A stretch of DNA of 64,000 bases from Pseudovirgaria hyperparasitica (lineage: Eukaryota). Positions 23,601-35,716 of this stretch are shown here, piece by piece; positions within the stretch are counted from its first letter, which is position 1, and the number at the start of each line of letters is the position of its first letter. The notes beneath the pieces were generated by a model that was given only the letters and a program-made list of their open reading frames with translations, made no database searches and was not told the origin of the DNA. The stretch lies in NCBI GenBank assembly GCA_010093815.1, contig ML996585.1; one strand, written 5' to 3'. The position numbers and the translations under genes are program-made.

Positions 23601-26300
23601 TAGTGACGTTACTACCATGTCATCTATTACGTGCATAAAGTACATGTAACGTGGCAAGCTAAACGGAATCGTGCGAAATTCAATAACGGTTGACTAGACC
23701 GAGAGTTGAACCCGTGACCCCGTAGTAGCTTTAAGATTATATAAGGAGGCGGGCTCCACGCACTAACTAACTATACTAAAAGGACCGAATCTTAAAGCTA
23801 CTGCTTTAAGGGTGGAGTACACTACTTATATACGACTACTACACACATGTAGAATCAACTAGCAGGCCACGTGCTCCTTACGTGCCTGATACCGAACTAG
23901 GTACGGAAGGCCGTCTTATATTCGTCCCTAGTAGCGACCTATAGTTTATAAAATACCGCCCGGATGTCTACCTTACTAAACCATGACGTATTACTAATGG
24001 TATATAGAGTCTCGTATATAAGTGGTAGCGGGTATCGGTCCTATTTAGTAATACTATTAAGGGCCCTATAGTTAATATATAGCCGCTACTTCCCTCCCGG
24101 CTTAGGGATAAGAAGTACTAGCGCCCCGGCCGCTAAGGAGCTAGCCCGTATCTATCCCTTATCTATAAGATCCGTAAGCTAGCGATAGAGCTCTACGAGT
24201 TATTCCCGAGATATAGCGTAGAGCGGTCCCTAGGGGAGGTTTATAGGGGTTCCCGCCGGTATAGACTTAATATAGATATAGTAGTTAGTATTCCCTCTAT
24301 AGGGAGGTAGCACCGACGCCTTTTCCTTATTAAAGAGATTATGGTAGGCGTATAGCGTTAACGGGAGCGGGCGTCTATCCTCTATAAGCTCGGTCGTATT
24401 CTAGTTAGGTACCGGAGGTAACTAGGGGAGCATAAGTTATAGGAGGCGGGTGACGTCGCGGATACTAGTAGTAACTACTCGCCTACGGCGGTAAGCCGTC
24501 TCTAGACCCCTAGGAATATAGCCCTTCTTAGTAAGGACCCGGATACTTATTAGACGCCTATAGATATTAATATCCCGGGCTATAAGGCCGTGGGCGCGGT
24601 AAAGCGTGATTTCGTCTATATATATATTAATAACGGCGCCGGCCTAGTAGAGCTACGGGCTCCTAAGGATAAGGTCCCGGTCTAGCCCGGGCACTATATA
24701 GACGGTAAGGCGTTATCGCTACCCCGCGATATTATACTAGATAGTAACGACTTCCGTAATCTCTAGTCCTAATACTCCGTTAGTAGTAAGAGCTACTTGA
24801 CGATGTAGGACCGAGATATACGACTTAGCCACGTCTACTATAAGGGCCGGGCTAACCACCACGAAATACTCGCACCCTATATCTACTAAGGTATCTATAT
24901 ACTTCCTATTCTAGAGGAATAGCGATATAACGGGTGGGGATCCGTCTATAATCTAAGCGGGCGCGCTATCCTCTAGGTCGGAGCCGTTATCCGGGTTGCC
25001 TATAGCTTCGTTCCTTACCGAATATAGTAACGTCCTCTAACCTAGGCTTTAGTAGAGGGCTATACTTCCCCCGCCTTAGAGTTAGAATTAGTATTATTCT
25101 AAGCTAGGGCTATAACCTTAAGCGCTCGTATATTAATAGCGTTTAGATAGCCCCGGTATTAGTAGCTAGCCTAGCCGTACCGGGTATACACGCCCGCCGT
25201 GCGGCGCTTCTAGAATAAGTCCTTCGGGATCTATAAAGGAGTCTCTTTCTTCTTAACCCCGTCTCTACCCTTTACTATTAGGGACGCGGCTCGCTTCTTA
25301 CTCTTTATCTTAATAGTCTTAATAGTAACCGCCGATATTATCGTATCGCCGTCCTTATCCTTACTAGGCCTATTTTAAGGTACGGCGCTTTACCTAGTAT
25401 AGAGCTAGAATAACTCTATATCTATACTAATATTCTAAAGGCGGCCTACGGCGGCCTTATACTAGTCTAGGAGGCCCTGGTTTAGGGCTACCGCCTAGGT
25501 CTCCTAGTTAAGGCCGTCCCGGAGCCGTATAAGCTTCTAGTCATTAGCCTAGTATATTCCCCTAGCCTTCTAGAGGGCGGTATAGAACCGCACGAAGTAC
25601 TCTATAAACGGCTCCTTTACCTTTTATATAATTATATTTAACTACTAGAGGGCCCGCTCTTTAGCATGTATGTCTCCGAACTAGAATTTAAGGTAGTCTA
25701 AGAACGCGTATAGATCCTAGTCACCGTTTAGCCCCCTAGTGGAATATATAGTACTAACCCCCCTCTATACCTTAGGCGCTAGGTTAGTCTAAATAAGGGC
25801 TATTTAGTCTCTATAGGTACCGATAAAGTCGGCGTTCTAGGTAATCTTATACTATATCGTGACGGACTATATATAGAAGAGGGCCTTAGACCCGTTATAT
25901 AGGTCGCTAAGGGGGAGGGGCTTCCTCTTAGGAGCCTAGTCGAGTATAATATACGGCGTAGAAAGTAGTAAGGCGGGAGCGCGTGTAGGAAAGGCTAGTT
26001 TAGGCCCGTATAGGCGTTAGGGCGCTACCGGGGAGGAGTCGGGCTAGGGTAGGGACGAGTTACTATAAGTTAAGGTGGCGGGAGTACGGCTATATAACTT
26101 AACGGTAAGGAGGCGGGCGTTAATATATTATAGAGCCGTATAGACGCTATGTTCGATGTTAGATATCCGAGACTCGCTTACCGCTTAGACGGCCGTAATA
26201 GACTCGTGGATAGACCGTATCTCGTCCCGAAAGCTAAGGAAGGAGTTAGAGAGTTACTATATTAGATTAGAGTCTTACGGGTTAAGACTATCTTATACTA
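20620..26300 (-). pseudogene. gag-pol of Gypsy element A (CCHC, protease, RT, RNase H, integrase, chromodomain), interrupted by the TRIM
   Basis: De-RIP readings: CCHC knuckle ~25140-25200; RT FRTQFG|LFEW.VLPFGL split exactly by the TRIM, and YLDDILIY ~23150-23180; integrase STAYHPQTDGGTER ~21520-21560; chromodomain YLIKWKGW..PTWV..EDVED ~20790-20860. Confidence 0.88.
23290..23891 (-). mobile_element. TRIM (terminal-repeat retrotransposon in miniature), 602 bp, inserted in the RT of element A
   Basis: 152-bp direct LTRs at 23290-23441 and 23740-23891. TSD CCGAA at 23285-23289 and 23892-23896. Non-coding 298-bp interior. PPT (minus-strand AAAAGGGGAGATAA) abuts the left LTR. Confidence 0.92.
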
Positions 26301-26576
26301 TAAGGCCACGTATAGGAAGAGATAATTAAAGTTAAATTAATATAATAGATATAACCAAGGTGTTACTATAATAGTAATTAAGATATATTATAATTTAACT
26401 TAGAGAGAATAGGGATAAGCCGTATAGTTATAGCTTTAAGTATAGTCTTAAGCGATGTTACGTGATACCCCTATACTAGTCTCTATCCGTCCCGGCTCCG
26501 TTATGTAATACTAGAGACAAGGCAAAGCCGAAGTCCATAATAGCCTAGTATATATAGTATATAGAATCTAGGCGTA

Positions 26577-26716
26577 TGTTAGGCACGTGCCTACCAGTTG
26601 ATTATACATGTATGTAGTAGTCATATATAAGTAGTGTACTCCACCCTTAAAGTAGTAGCTTTAAGATTCGGTCCTTTTGGTATAGTTAGTTGGTACGTAG
26701 AGCCCGCCTCCTTATA
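26577..26716 (+). mobile_element. Solo LTR (140 bp) of the TRIM LTR family, opposite orientation to the TRIM
   Basis: Reverse complement of the TRIM LTR. TSD GCGTA at 26572-26576 and 26717-26721. Confidence 0.9.
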
Positions 26717-28276
26717 GCGTAGTATATACACGTATATTATGTGGAGTTATAACCATAATAAGTATAAATATTACTAAGCACGCAGCGACTTTCTTACACG
26801 GGTTCTCTTCGGGCTATACTACCTACTAAAAGTACGTCTTTTAGCGGGTATTTTATAGATATAATAGCCTGGTAAGAGCCTGGCGGAAAAGTCGCTACGT
26901 AATACTATACTACTATATCTAATAATATTTACTATAAACGCGAAGGCTATATACTAGATAGGTGAATATATATACGTTATAGTCTAAAATAGGCACTAGC
27001 TCGCTTAGATAGGTGTAGTAAATATACGTTATTAGTATATATATATATTTTTAAATCTATTAAAATATTCTTAATACTATACTCGTATTATTATAACTAA
27101 TAGTAGACTATAACTACTATAGACGCCCTACTATAGACTTAGATACTATACTTCCTTTATCTATAGTCTATATAGCCTTCTTCTTATCCGTAACCGTTAA
27201 ACGGCTAACCTCTACTATAGGAAATAGACCCGAGGCGCTACTATCTCTCTCTATAATCTACCCTTATAAAAACTTCTTCGCTCTCTTATTACTTATACTA
27301 AGGAAGAGATTAGCTATACCGGGGTTAGCGATAATAAGGTAGGCCTTATTAAAGTCCTTGTTAGTAAGTAGAGTTAAGTACTTTAGCTCTAACTTCTTTA
27401 TAGCTACTTATATTAGATCTTATTTCTTTAAGGTATATTTTTTAAACGTCTAAGTAAACTTACTCTAAGTCTAATATATAACCTTAGTAATATTACGGAT
27501 AGCCTTACTCCTTAGAGTAACTCTATTCTTAATTTTAAGGCGCTAAGCCGTAGCCTTACTATAAAGAGTAAAGACGTGGGATAGTAGTCTAATAGTTCAT
27601 AGAGAGACATAGAAATGTATTTATAGAGTAATCTTACTCTTATATAAGGTTAATTCCTAACGAGTAGAAATCGGTTTATGCGGTCTACTTATATAGTAAC
27701 CTCGCTTAACTTAGCTAACTTAACCTAGCTCTAGCCACTACGTGGCTACATGGATTAGAATAGTCTATATAGGTCCGTTATAGTTCCCGTCCTAATAATA
27801 TTCTTCTTCTTTTTATACTTCGCCCCGAAGTACTTAAGTATATATAATCCTAAGTCTCTATAATCCATCGTATATCTATATATCTATAACTAAGTTCCTA
27901 CAACGTTATAACTATCCTTAATATAGGTGAACTCGAGATTCTAGTTTACTTTTATTAGTTTATACACGCGCTTATCTCTTACTTCGTGGCTACTGCCTAG
28001 AACACGTAATTACTACTTTAGTTAAGTATATATTTAGCTTCGCTCGCCTTTGATTTTATTCTCTAGTATATCCACCTCGCTCTTAAGGTAAGTCGTTAAT
28101 TTATATACTATCTTCCCTAGTTTAGGTCTAGAAGGGTCTATAGTAGTCTATTCTTATTAGAACCGGTCCAATATAACCTATTCGCATTATTATAGTCACT
28201 AATTTAGCTTCGTTAATCGCCGTTAAGGGTAGACGAATATTCCTTCCTTAGATCTCTAGCTAATATATATATATAG

Positions 28277-29589
28277 ATATCTAATACTAGTCCTATCTCT
28301 AAGCCTACCTCCTCCTCTCGTAAGACTTACTCTAAAGGTATTGCCTCCTCCCCGGCCACGCCGGCTAAGAAGTCTACCTATCGCGGTAGTATAAAGGCGC
28401 GCTCTAAGTCGGAGAAGAGAGTAGCTAGGGCTACTACTACTACTACCTCTACTACTAATATGGCTACTAGTCGCTCTAATCTAGGTGATTCTAGTACTAA
28501 ACTTATGGATAAAGTGGTTATAGGTTCTCCTCTCGCTCTAAAGTACACGCCGTCTACTCTACCTCCTCTAGAGAATAAAGAAGATCTTATTATAGATAAT
28601 AATCGCGAGCCCTCGCGCTCACCTACGCCGCCGCCTCGCCGCTCTTCCTTCTAGTCTAATATAGACCGATTTAGTTGCTCTAGGTCCTTTTAGGACCTTA
28701 ATATTCGCTCTAAACCCTAGCCTACTAATAATAAGGCCTAGGTTACTAAGGATACTAAACGTGGTCGTAGTTTACGCCATAGGAAAACGGTAAACTACGG
28801 TTTAATATACTATAAGTATATTAAGGGCCATACGGCCAGCTCTAAATATCTCTTTCGCTCTAACTCTAGTATTAGCTACTACTCTACTAACCGCGACGGG
28901 CCTATACGCCCTATCTTTACTCTACCTATCTACTACCGCCGCTATACTATAACTAGTAAGACTTATCTATAGGTAAGTATAATGGGCTATCTTAATCTAG
29001 TATAATCTAAAGTAGTCCGCGCTAATACATTCTTAGGTTCCTATATATATATAAGATATATATAATAACCTTCGCGTCCGCGAGACCCTTAGGGGTCCTT
29101 ATAGCCGCCTATCTATTATATAGAGGGAGTTTAGAGAGCGCTATAAGCTCTTCCTAGAGGTTATTAAAGTATAAGTTACGAGCACGTTAATTATTTTTAA
29201 TACCTATTGATTTTTCTAGCCGCCGCGAGATCCCTAGCGCCTAGGCTACCTATTCTAGGGAGTCTATTCTAGCTATAGAGGCCGTAGAGAGGATTCGCTC
29301 TATCCCTCTCTATCCGTCTCGCGCTACTAACGGATCTTATAAGAGGTCTACTATTTCTCTCTCTAAGTCGCCTCGTAAGAGGGTATATATTCCCTTCTAG
29401 ATTATTCTAGATTATATTAGCTAACTTTAGACCTAGTCGCTACGCTCTAGTACTTAAGGCTCTTCCCTCTAGGCTCTAATAGATTAGATTATTACTCTAG
29501 AGGCTAAGGTCGTCGTCCTCCGCTACTATATCGTACGGTTAGAGAGAACTATACTAGAGATTAGGACGGATAATAAGATAGAGGAGTAG
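28277..29589 (+). pseudogene. Antisense intron-containing accessory gene remnant inside Gypsy element C (Cys6 cluster-like motif, C-terminal coiled coil)
   Basis: One frame from 28277 to 28972 whose only stops are TAG (RIPed CAG/TGG). It contains Y-x2-Y-x9-Y...Y-x2-Y-x6-Y (28808-28966). Introns GTAAGT..GCTAAT..TAG (28973-29036) and ~29169-29219. Then SPRKR and a heptad reading LMDRIVALEAEVVVLRR (de-RIP) at ~29475-29545. Confidence 0.7.
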
Positions 29590-30189
29590 CTCTATAGTTC
29601 TAGCTCTATGTGTTAGCTCTATGCCTAGCTCTATATATTCTAGATCTACTATAGGTAGTACGCGCCGGCTCTGTTTACCTAGCTTTTATCCGTTTTAGTT
29701 CTTTTTAGACCGTTTAGATACCTATCGGCCAGTTTCTAGTAATTTAATTCTTAACTTAATGATATTATGTGTGCGCTCGCTTAGCTTATAACTATCGGTT
29801 TCTATATTCTAATTTTCCTTAAGTTACCTAAGTGTGGGCACCGTATATAAATTAGTTTATCTCTATGAATTCTATTAGAGCACCCGAACTAGTAGCCTAG
29901 TAGTTATTGGTTTAGGTACTCTAACCTTTTATATTTCGTGTTAAGAGTTTAATTCTATGGTAGGGTACCTTTTTTTAGGTTCTTAGTCCTATATTTTTCT
30001 CGTGTATAATGGTCTATATTAGTCTATTCTAGACTCTTCTATATTATTCTATTATAGTATATCGCGTCGCGTTTCTAAAATGGTTGTTTACGCTTTCTTC
30101 GCGTCTAGTAACCGTATAACGCTTAAATTATAGGGCTACTATATAGAGTTTTCCTAGTGCGCGTCTGGATTTCCTGGTTTAGTACTTCG

Positions 30190-33100
30190 TTCTCTACGGT
30201 ATCCTTCTTCTTTTTACGACGACTACGACGTCGCTATACTTATATTAATAATATACTATTCTATATCTTTTGCTTATACGTAGTTATTATAGAACTTAAG
30301 ATGTATACCGCTAGTTCCTAGGTATTCTTATCCTTAGTATAGTCCTTCTAACGGATTCTATATTTCTAAACACCGTCTTTATTAATTCTATATTTAATAA
30401 TATAGTCTACTTCGAACACTTCTAGTCTATCTTAGGGTATAATAGAGTATAACTATACGTTAGTACGGCCATACACGTTAGGTCGAAATCTTTTAAGTAG
30501 TAAGACGTGGAACACGTTATAGATTCTTATATCGCTTTCTAAGTCGAGCTTATAGACTCTTATACTAATGCGACGTTTGATTCGGAAGGGACCAGCCATT
30601 TTATAATTAAGCTTCTTATTTACTCGCGACGTTCGTATATTACGGACGTTAAGAAGGACCTTATCGCCCTTCTTATACGTCTAATCCTTAGCTAACCTAT
30701 TATAGTACTTCGTATACGAGTCGTTTACTTATTAGATTATAGCGTGATAGTTATGTACGGTTTCGAAGATTTTAATCGCTAATTCCTAAGCGTGGACGTT
30801 CACGTCTATTATTCGATTAAATTAGACCGTCTAAGGCTTAAAACCTATCCTTAGACTACGTCCGAGGTTCGCCTAGAAAGGTATAATATCTATCATACTA
30901 TAACGACTATTATTATATACGAACTCTACTATACTTAGTAGGGAGGCCTAGTCGTCCTACTCGAAATTATAGAATATACGTAGGTAGGCCTTAAGCGTCT
31001 AATTCTATTACTCTATCTAGCCATCCGTCTAAGGATAAAATACTATAGATATGTTTCTATTTATGCTTACTATTTCGTAGAATAACGTCTAGAATTTAGA
31101 CGTGAAGGTACTTCCTCGGTCTATAACGATCCTTTTTAGTATACTATGGACCTTAATAATCTCGTTCTAGAACACCTACGCTAGTTCTTTAGATATAATC
31201 ATCTTCTATACTAGGATATACCTAGATATCTTTATAAGTCTATCCACGATAATAAGGATAGAATTATAACTTATTCTAAGTATCTCGCTTAGAGGTAAGT
31301 TAACTATAAAGTCTATAGTAACATCTTGCTATATAAAGAGGGGGGCTGAAAGAGGCTATAAATTCCTATATAGCTTATGCCTAGGGGCCTTCGTTCTTTA
31401 ATAAATCGGATAAGTAGCTATCTATTCTTTAACGTACTTAGGTATATCTTTCTAAAAATAGTACTAACGAATTAAGCTTAGGGTACGTATATACCTAAAG
31501 TATCCTACTAGATTAGCGTTATAGTATTAGCTAACTACGTTAAATCGCGCGTTACCCGTTAGTATATAGTACTTTCTATCGTAGTAAAGTAAGCCGTCCA
31601 CGAAGGTCTACTTATAGTCTACTTTAGTCTATAATAACCTATCTTACTATATTTTACGTAACTTTAAAACTATCGGGTCTATCTTCTATAGATCCACGAT
31701 TAACTAGGCGAGGTTAATTAGATATTCATGCTAGATATTATCGCCCTTCCCGATAGCGCTAATAAACGGCCTACTAGGGACTTCGGTACTATATCTTTAG
31801 TTACCGGCTTCGGTCTTAGAGATTTAATTACTAGCATCGATGTTAGTATCTTACTAATCGCCTAATAACTTAAAATCTAACCTTATTCTTAAGAGTTAGG
31901 CCTATAGCTACTCTAGGACCCTATGGCTACTATAATCCTAGGCGCCTTCTTCATAGTTAGGTCTTCTTAATATTCTATTAGCTAGGTTTATACTTCTAGG
32001 TTAATAGTAGATTATAAAGTGAAAGTTCATAAGCTACTTAGCCTATCGGACCTATTAACGGTTTAAAACCGTCGTGCTTATAAACCCCTTTAAGTTATAG
32101 TAATTAGTTAGTAACTTAACGTTATACATAGTACCTTTAAGATAATATCGCTACTATTTAAACGACTCTACTATTACTAGTAGCTCTTAGTTATAGATAG
32201 TATATCTAGTCTTAATATCGACTATTTTACGTAAGAAGAACACAACTAGATACCATTAGACCTTTTTAGACTTAGTTAGTCTAGGCTAGAAGAGAATATC
32301 TAAGATTATAAATCCTAACGCGTCGGTTTTAACGTGGATAGGTTTAGTCGGGTCGAAGTGCACTAGTAATAGGGTAGTTATAAATACCTCTTTAATTTTC
32401 TCGAAGGAGGCCCTTTCGCCTTCTAATAATTCTATAGGCTACGATTTAATATTACGCTATTTCTATCTACTACGGACTATAATAGACGAATCTATAGTAG
32501 TAGTACGCGCGTTAAGTAGTGCTACTAGCCGGGAGAAATGCTTAACGAATTTTTAGTAGTAATTAGCGAATCTAATAAAGACATATATATCTCGAACCGA
32601 TTTTAGTTTAGGCCAGTCCACGATAGTAGCGACCCTATCCCTTTCTATAGTTATACCTTAATTAGTAATAACGAAGCTAAGGAAGTTAACGTAGTCCTAG
32701 TGGAACTCGTATTTAGATAGCTTAATATATAGCTTATATTTTTCTAGCCTATCTAGGACTACGCGTACGTGCTAGATGTGTTCTTCTTCGTTATTAGAGA
32801 AGATAAGAATATTATTAAGGTATATAATGCACGTCGTATCGAGTAGGCCTACTAGCGCGTTATTAATATACGCTTAGAAGGTTCCTAGCGCGTTAGTTAG
32901 TCTAAAAGGGACTACTATGTACTCGAAGTATCTATAACGGGTCCTAAACGCTGTTTTCTACTTATCGCCCTTCTTAATACGTAGGCGGTAGTAGACGTCG
33001 CGTAGATTAAGCTTAGTAAAGATCTTCGCGCGCTCTAGTCTATTAATAGACTTAGAGATAAGAGGTAGTAGATAACGATTCTTTCGCGTGATATTATTTA

Positions 33101-35165
33101 GGCTATAGTAGTCGATATATAGATAGAGACTCCTATCCTTCTTCTTTATAAAGAGGATTAGAGCTCTAGCTAGAGATATACTAGGCCTAATCTATTCTCG
33201 TGTAAGGTTCTTTTCGATATATTCTCGGAGAACCTATAGCTCGGGTTCTAATAGAGGGTAGATAGGTCCGTATAGGGGTTATTAACTATCTTCAAGGTTA
33301 ATAGTAAGGTCGGTAGATTAGTATTAAGGTAATTCGGACGAGTCGATCGCTAACACGATATATTAGTATATTTTATACTAATATAGTAGGTTTTCGTCCA
33401 CTTTAATACTAAGCTCTCTATTTTAAGTAAGTAAGAGGACGTAGATAGCGGAGATTATCTTTTTATAGTCCTTCTAGAATTATTCGTCGTCGACTAGCTA
33501 TACTAGGTTCTATTATAGTAGGTACATGCGCTAGCCAGCTATTTTCTAGATAAAGTCTAGTTTTAGGTTATATTTTTCGAGCCACGGTATACCGAGAATT
33601 ATATTAAAGGGACTATCTACCACGATAAAGGTTAAGTAGTAGGGTTTCTACTTCCCCCCGCTGTCCTAGATACCATATTTAATAGTATAGATACTCTATG
33701 ATTTAATAGGACCGTCGATACTATAGAAGGTAGTATCTATTAGTACTTAAATATTAACGTTAAGTTCTCGTACTCGTTAAGTCGATATAACGTTAGTAGC
33801 TAAACCGCTATTAAGTATTATAGTCTAATGTTATCCATAAGGGACCTTAATAGGTCTAGCCTATAGTTTAATATACTAGTTAGCTAGTTATCCCTCTATT
33901 TTAGTTACGTCTATAAGTCGCGAGGGTTCCTTATAGATAGTTAGTTTTTTATATTATATACCGGGTAGTTAGACACGATGTATCCTAGCTACTAGTACTT
34001 ATAGTATATAACTAACTTAGTATCTATATTAGTATTCGGTGGTTTCCCTAAGCGGTACTTAGGTACTATATAGTCTATTCTACTATAGGTATAGTAGGTG
34101 ACTTTAGGTTATTTATATAAGTCGTTTCTCGCGTCTCGATATATTAACTAGTAGAAAGATCCGTGGTACGGGCCTCGTCTTCTCGAGTTCGTAGAGTGGT
34201 AGCACCCACGAGGTATTCCGCGCGATCTATTACTAAACCGGTCCTCTTTAGACGATTTTATATCGGATTAGATTAATAGAGATAGTCATGCGTCTATATA
34301 ACCTTAGTTATTTATTATACGCTAATATTATTCTACGAGATTCGCGAGTACCTAAAGGTTAGTAGAGATAGATATTATAAGGTCGATGCGTTCCTTTACG
34401 CTCGGGTTAAGGGACCTTTTAAAGTTATCGTATTATCGAACCATGCGATCTTCCTTAGCTTCTCTCTAAAGAGGTCGGAGGTATTTAAGGAGTTATAACG
34501 GGGATTATCTCTCTCGCTATTAAGTCTTAAAGATATAGCTCTAAGTCTATTCGTGTCGCTTAGCTCTATCGCCAAAGTATTAAAGAAGGAATTTAGTAAA
34601 CGTGTCCTAGTTATACGTATCCTTAGGGTGTTTAATTCGATATACTATCTAACGTTTAGATAGTATTAGGTCTAGGTAGTTCTATATAAATCTAATCTTA
34701 TTACTATCGTTCGTGAATAGATAGAAGAATCAGCTATACTAATAAGCCTATTTATAAAAGCTTCTCCTGGTTTTACCGTCGAAGTAAGGTAGTTTCTTAG
34801 GCTAAGGTAACTAGGATAGTAATAGACTTAGTTAGACTATTTCGGCTTAAGTTAATCTATATTAGTATAGATTAGTTACTACTAGTACTAAAGCGCGTAG
34901 TACGGCTTCGAGTCTAGCGGTTTATCCTCGCGCTTTATTAAGTTTATAAAGTTACTACTCGAGCTAAGCCTAACGCTACCTCTCCGCGTATAGCTTAGTA
35001 TATATATTATTATAAGGCGTGGTTAACGTTAGTCGGTTCTAACGACTTAATTCATTAATATTAATAGGGTCTAGTCTTATAGTAAGGATGGGTCTAGTAT
35101 AGTATAAACTAGACCGCGATAGAGTATAATGGACTCCTTCCTTATTATCTAGGTAATCTTCCATA
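30190..35165 (-). pseudogene. gag-pol of Gypsy element C
   Basis: De-RIP readings: CCHC ~34050-34105; RT YLDDILIFS.NEEEHI.HVR.VL.RL ~32750-32825 and FTKLDLRDVYYRLRIK.GD.WKTAFRTRY ~32935-33025; integrase IHNVFHVSLL ~30495-30525; chromodomain FEVD.I.KHR....YRIRWKDY..D..TWEP ~30310-30418. Confidence 0.88.
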
Positions 35166-35716
35166 GTTATACGGAATACTATACTAGTTATTAATATAAT
35201 AGCCTATAGGGTATACTTATTAGTAGAGGTGGTTATAGGGAGACTATTCTCTTCGTTTAGATTTAGAGAGAGTCTCTTATATAAGGTAGTGCTACGGGTA
35301 TTATAGCGCGTAGTAGAAGCTATCTCTATAAGCTGCTATCGTGCTATATAGAGAGAAATTAAAATATAAAGAGTAAAGACGTAGGATAGTAGTCTAATAG
35401 TTTATAGAGAGATATAGGAATATATTTATAGAGTAATCTTACTCTTATACGAGGTTGATTTCTAACGAGTAGGAATCGGTTTATATGGTCTACTTATATA
35501 GTAACCTTACTTAACTTAGCTAACTTAACCTAGCTCTAGCTACTACGTGGCTACATGGATTAGAATAGTCTATATAGGTCCGTTATAGTTCCCGTCCTAA
35601 TACTTACGATCCTTAATCCGGTCCTTATTCTTATCTCTATCTTTATTAGAGTTATTATAGTAAGTCTCCTTATTACTACCCTTATTATTAATATTAATTA
35701 GCGCCTTAATAGTATA

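Larger units (their letters stand above)
18185..26542 (-). mobile_element. Ty3/Gypsy chromovirus element A, full length, RIPed
   Basis: 202-bp direct LTRs at 18185-18386 (TG..CA) and 26341-26542. TSD GCCTA at 18180-18184 and 26543-26547. PPT next to the left LTR. gag-pol on the minus strand. Confidence 0.93.
27560..35602 (-). mobile_element. Ty3/Gypsy chromovirus element C, full length, RIPed; LTR unrelated to element A
   Basis: 238-bp direct LTRs at 27560-27797 and 35365-35602. TSD CTTAC at 27555-27559 and 35603-35607. PPT (minus-strand AAAAAGAAGAAGAATAT) next to the left LTR. Confidence 0.93.
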
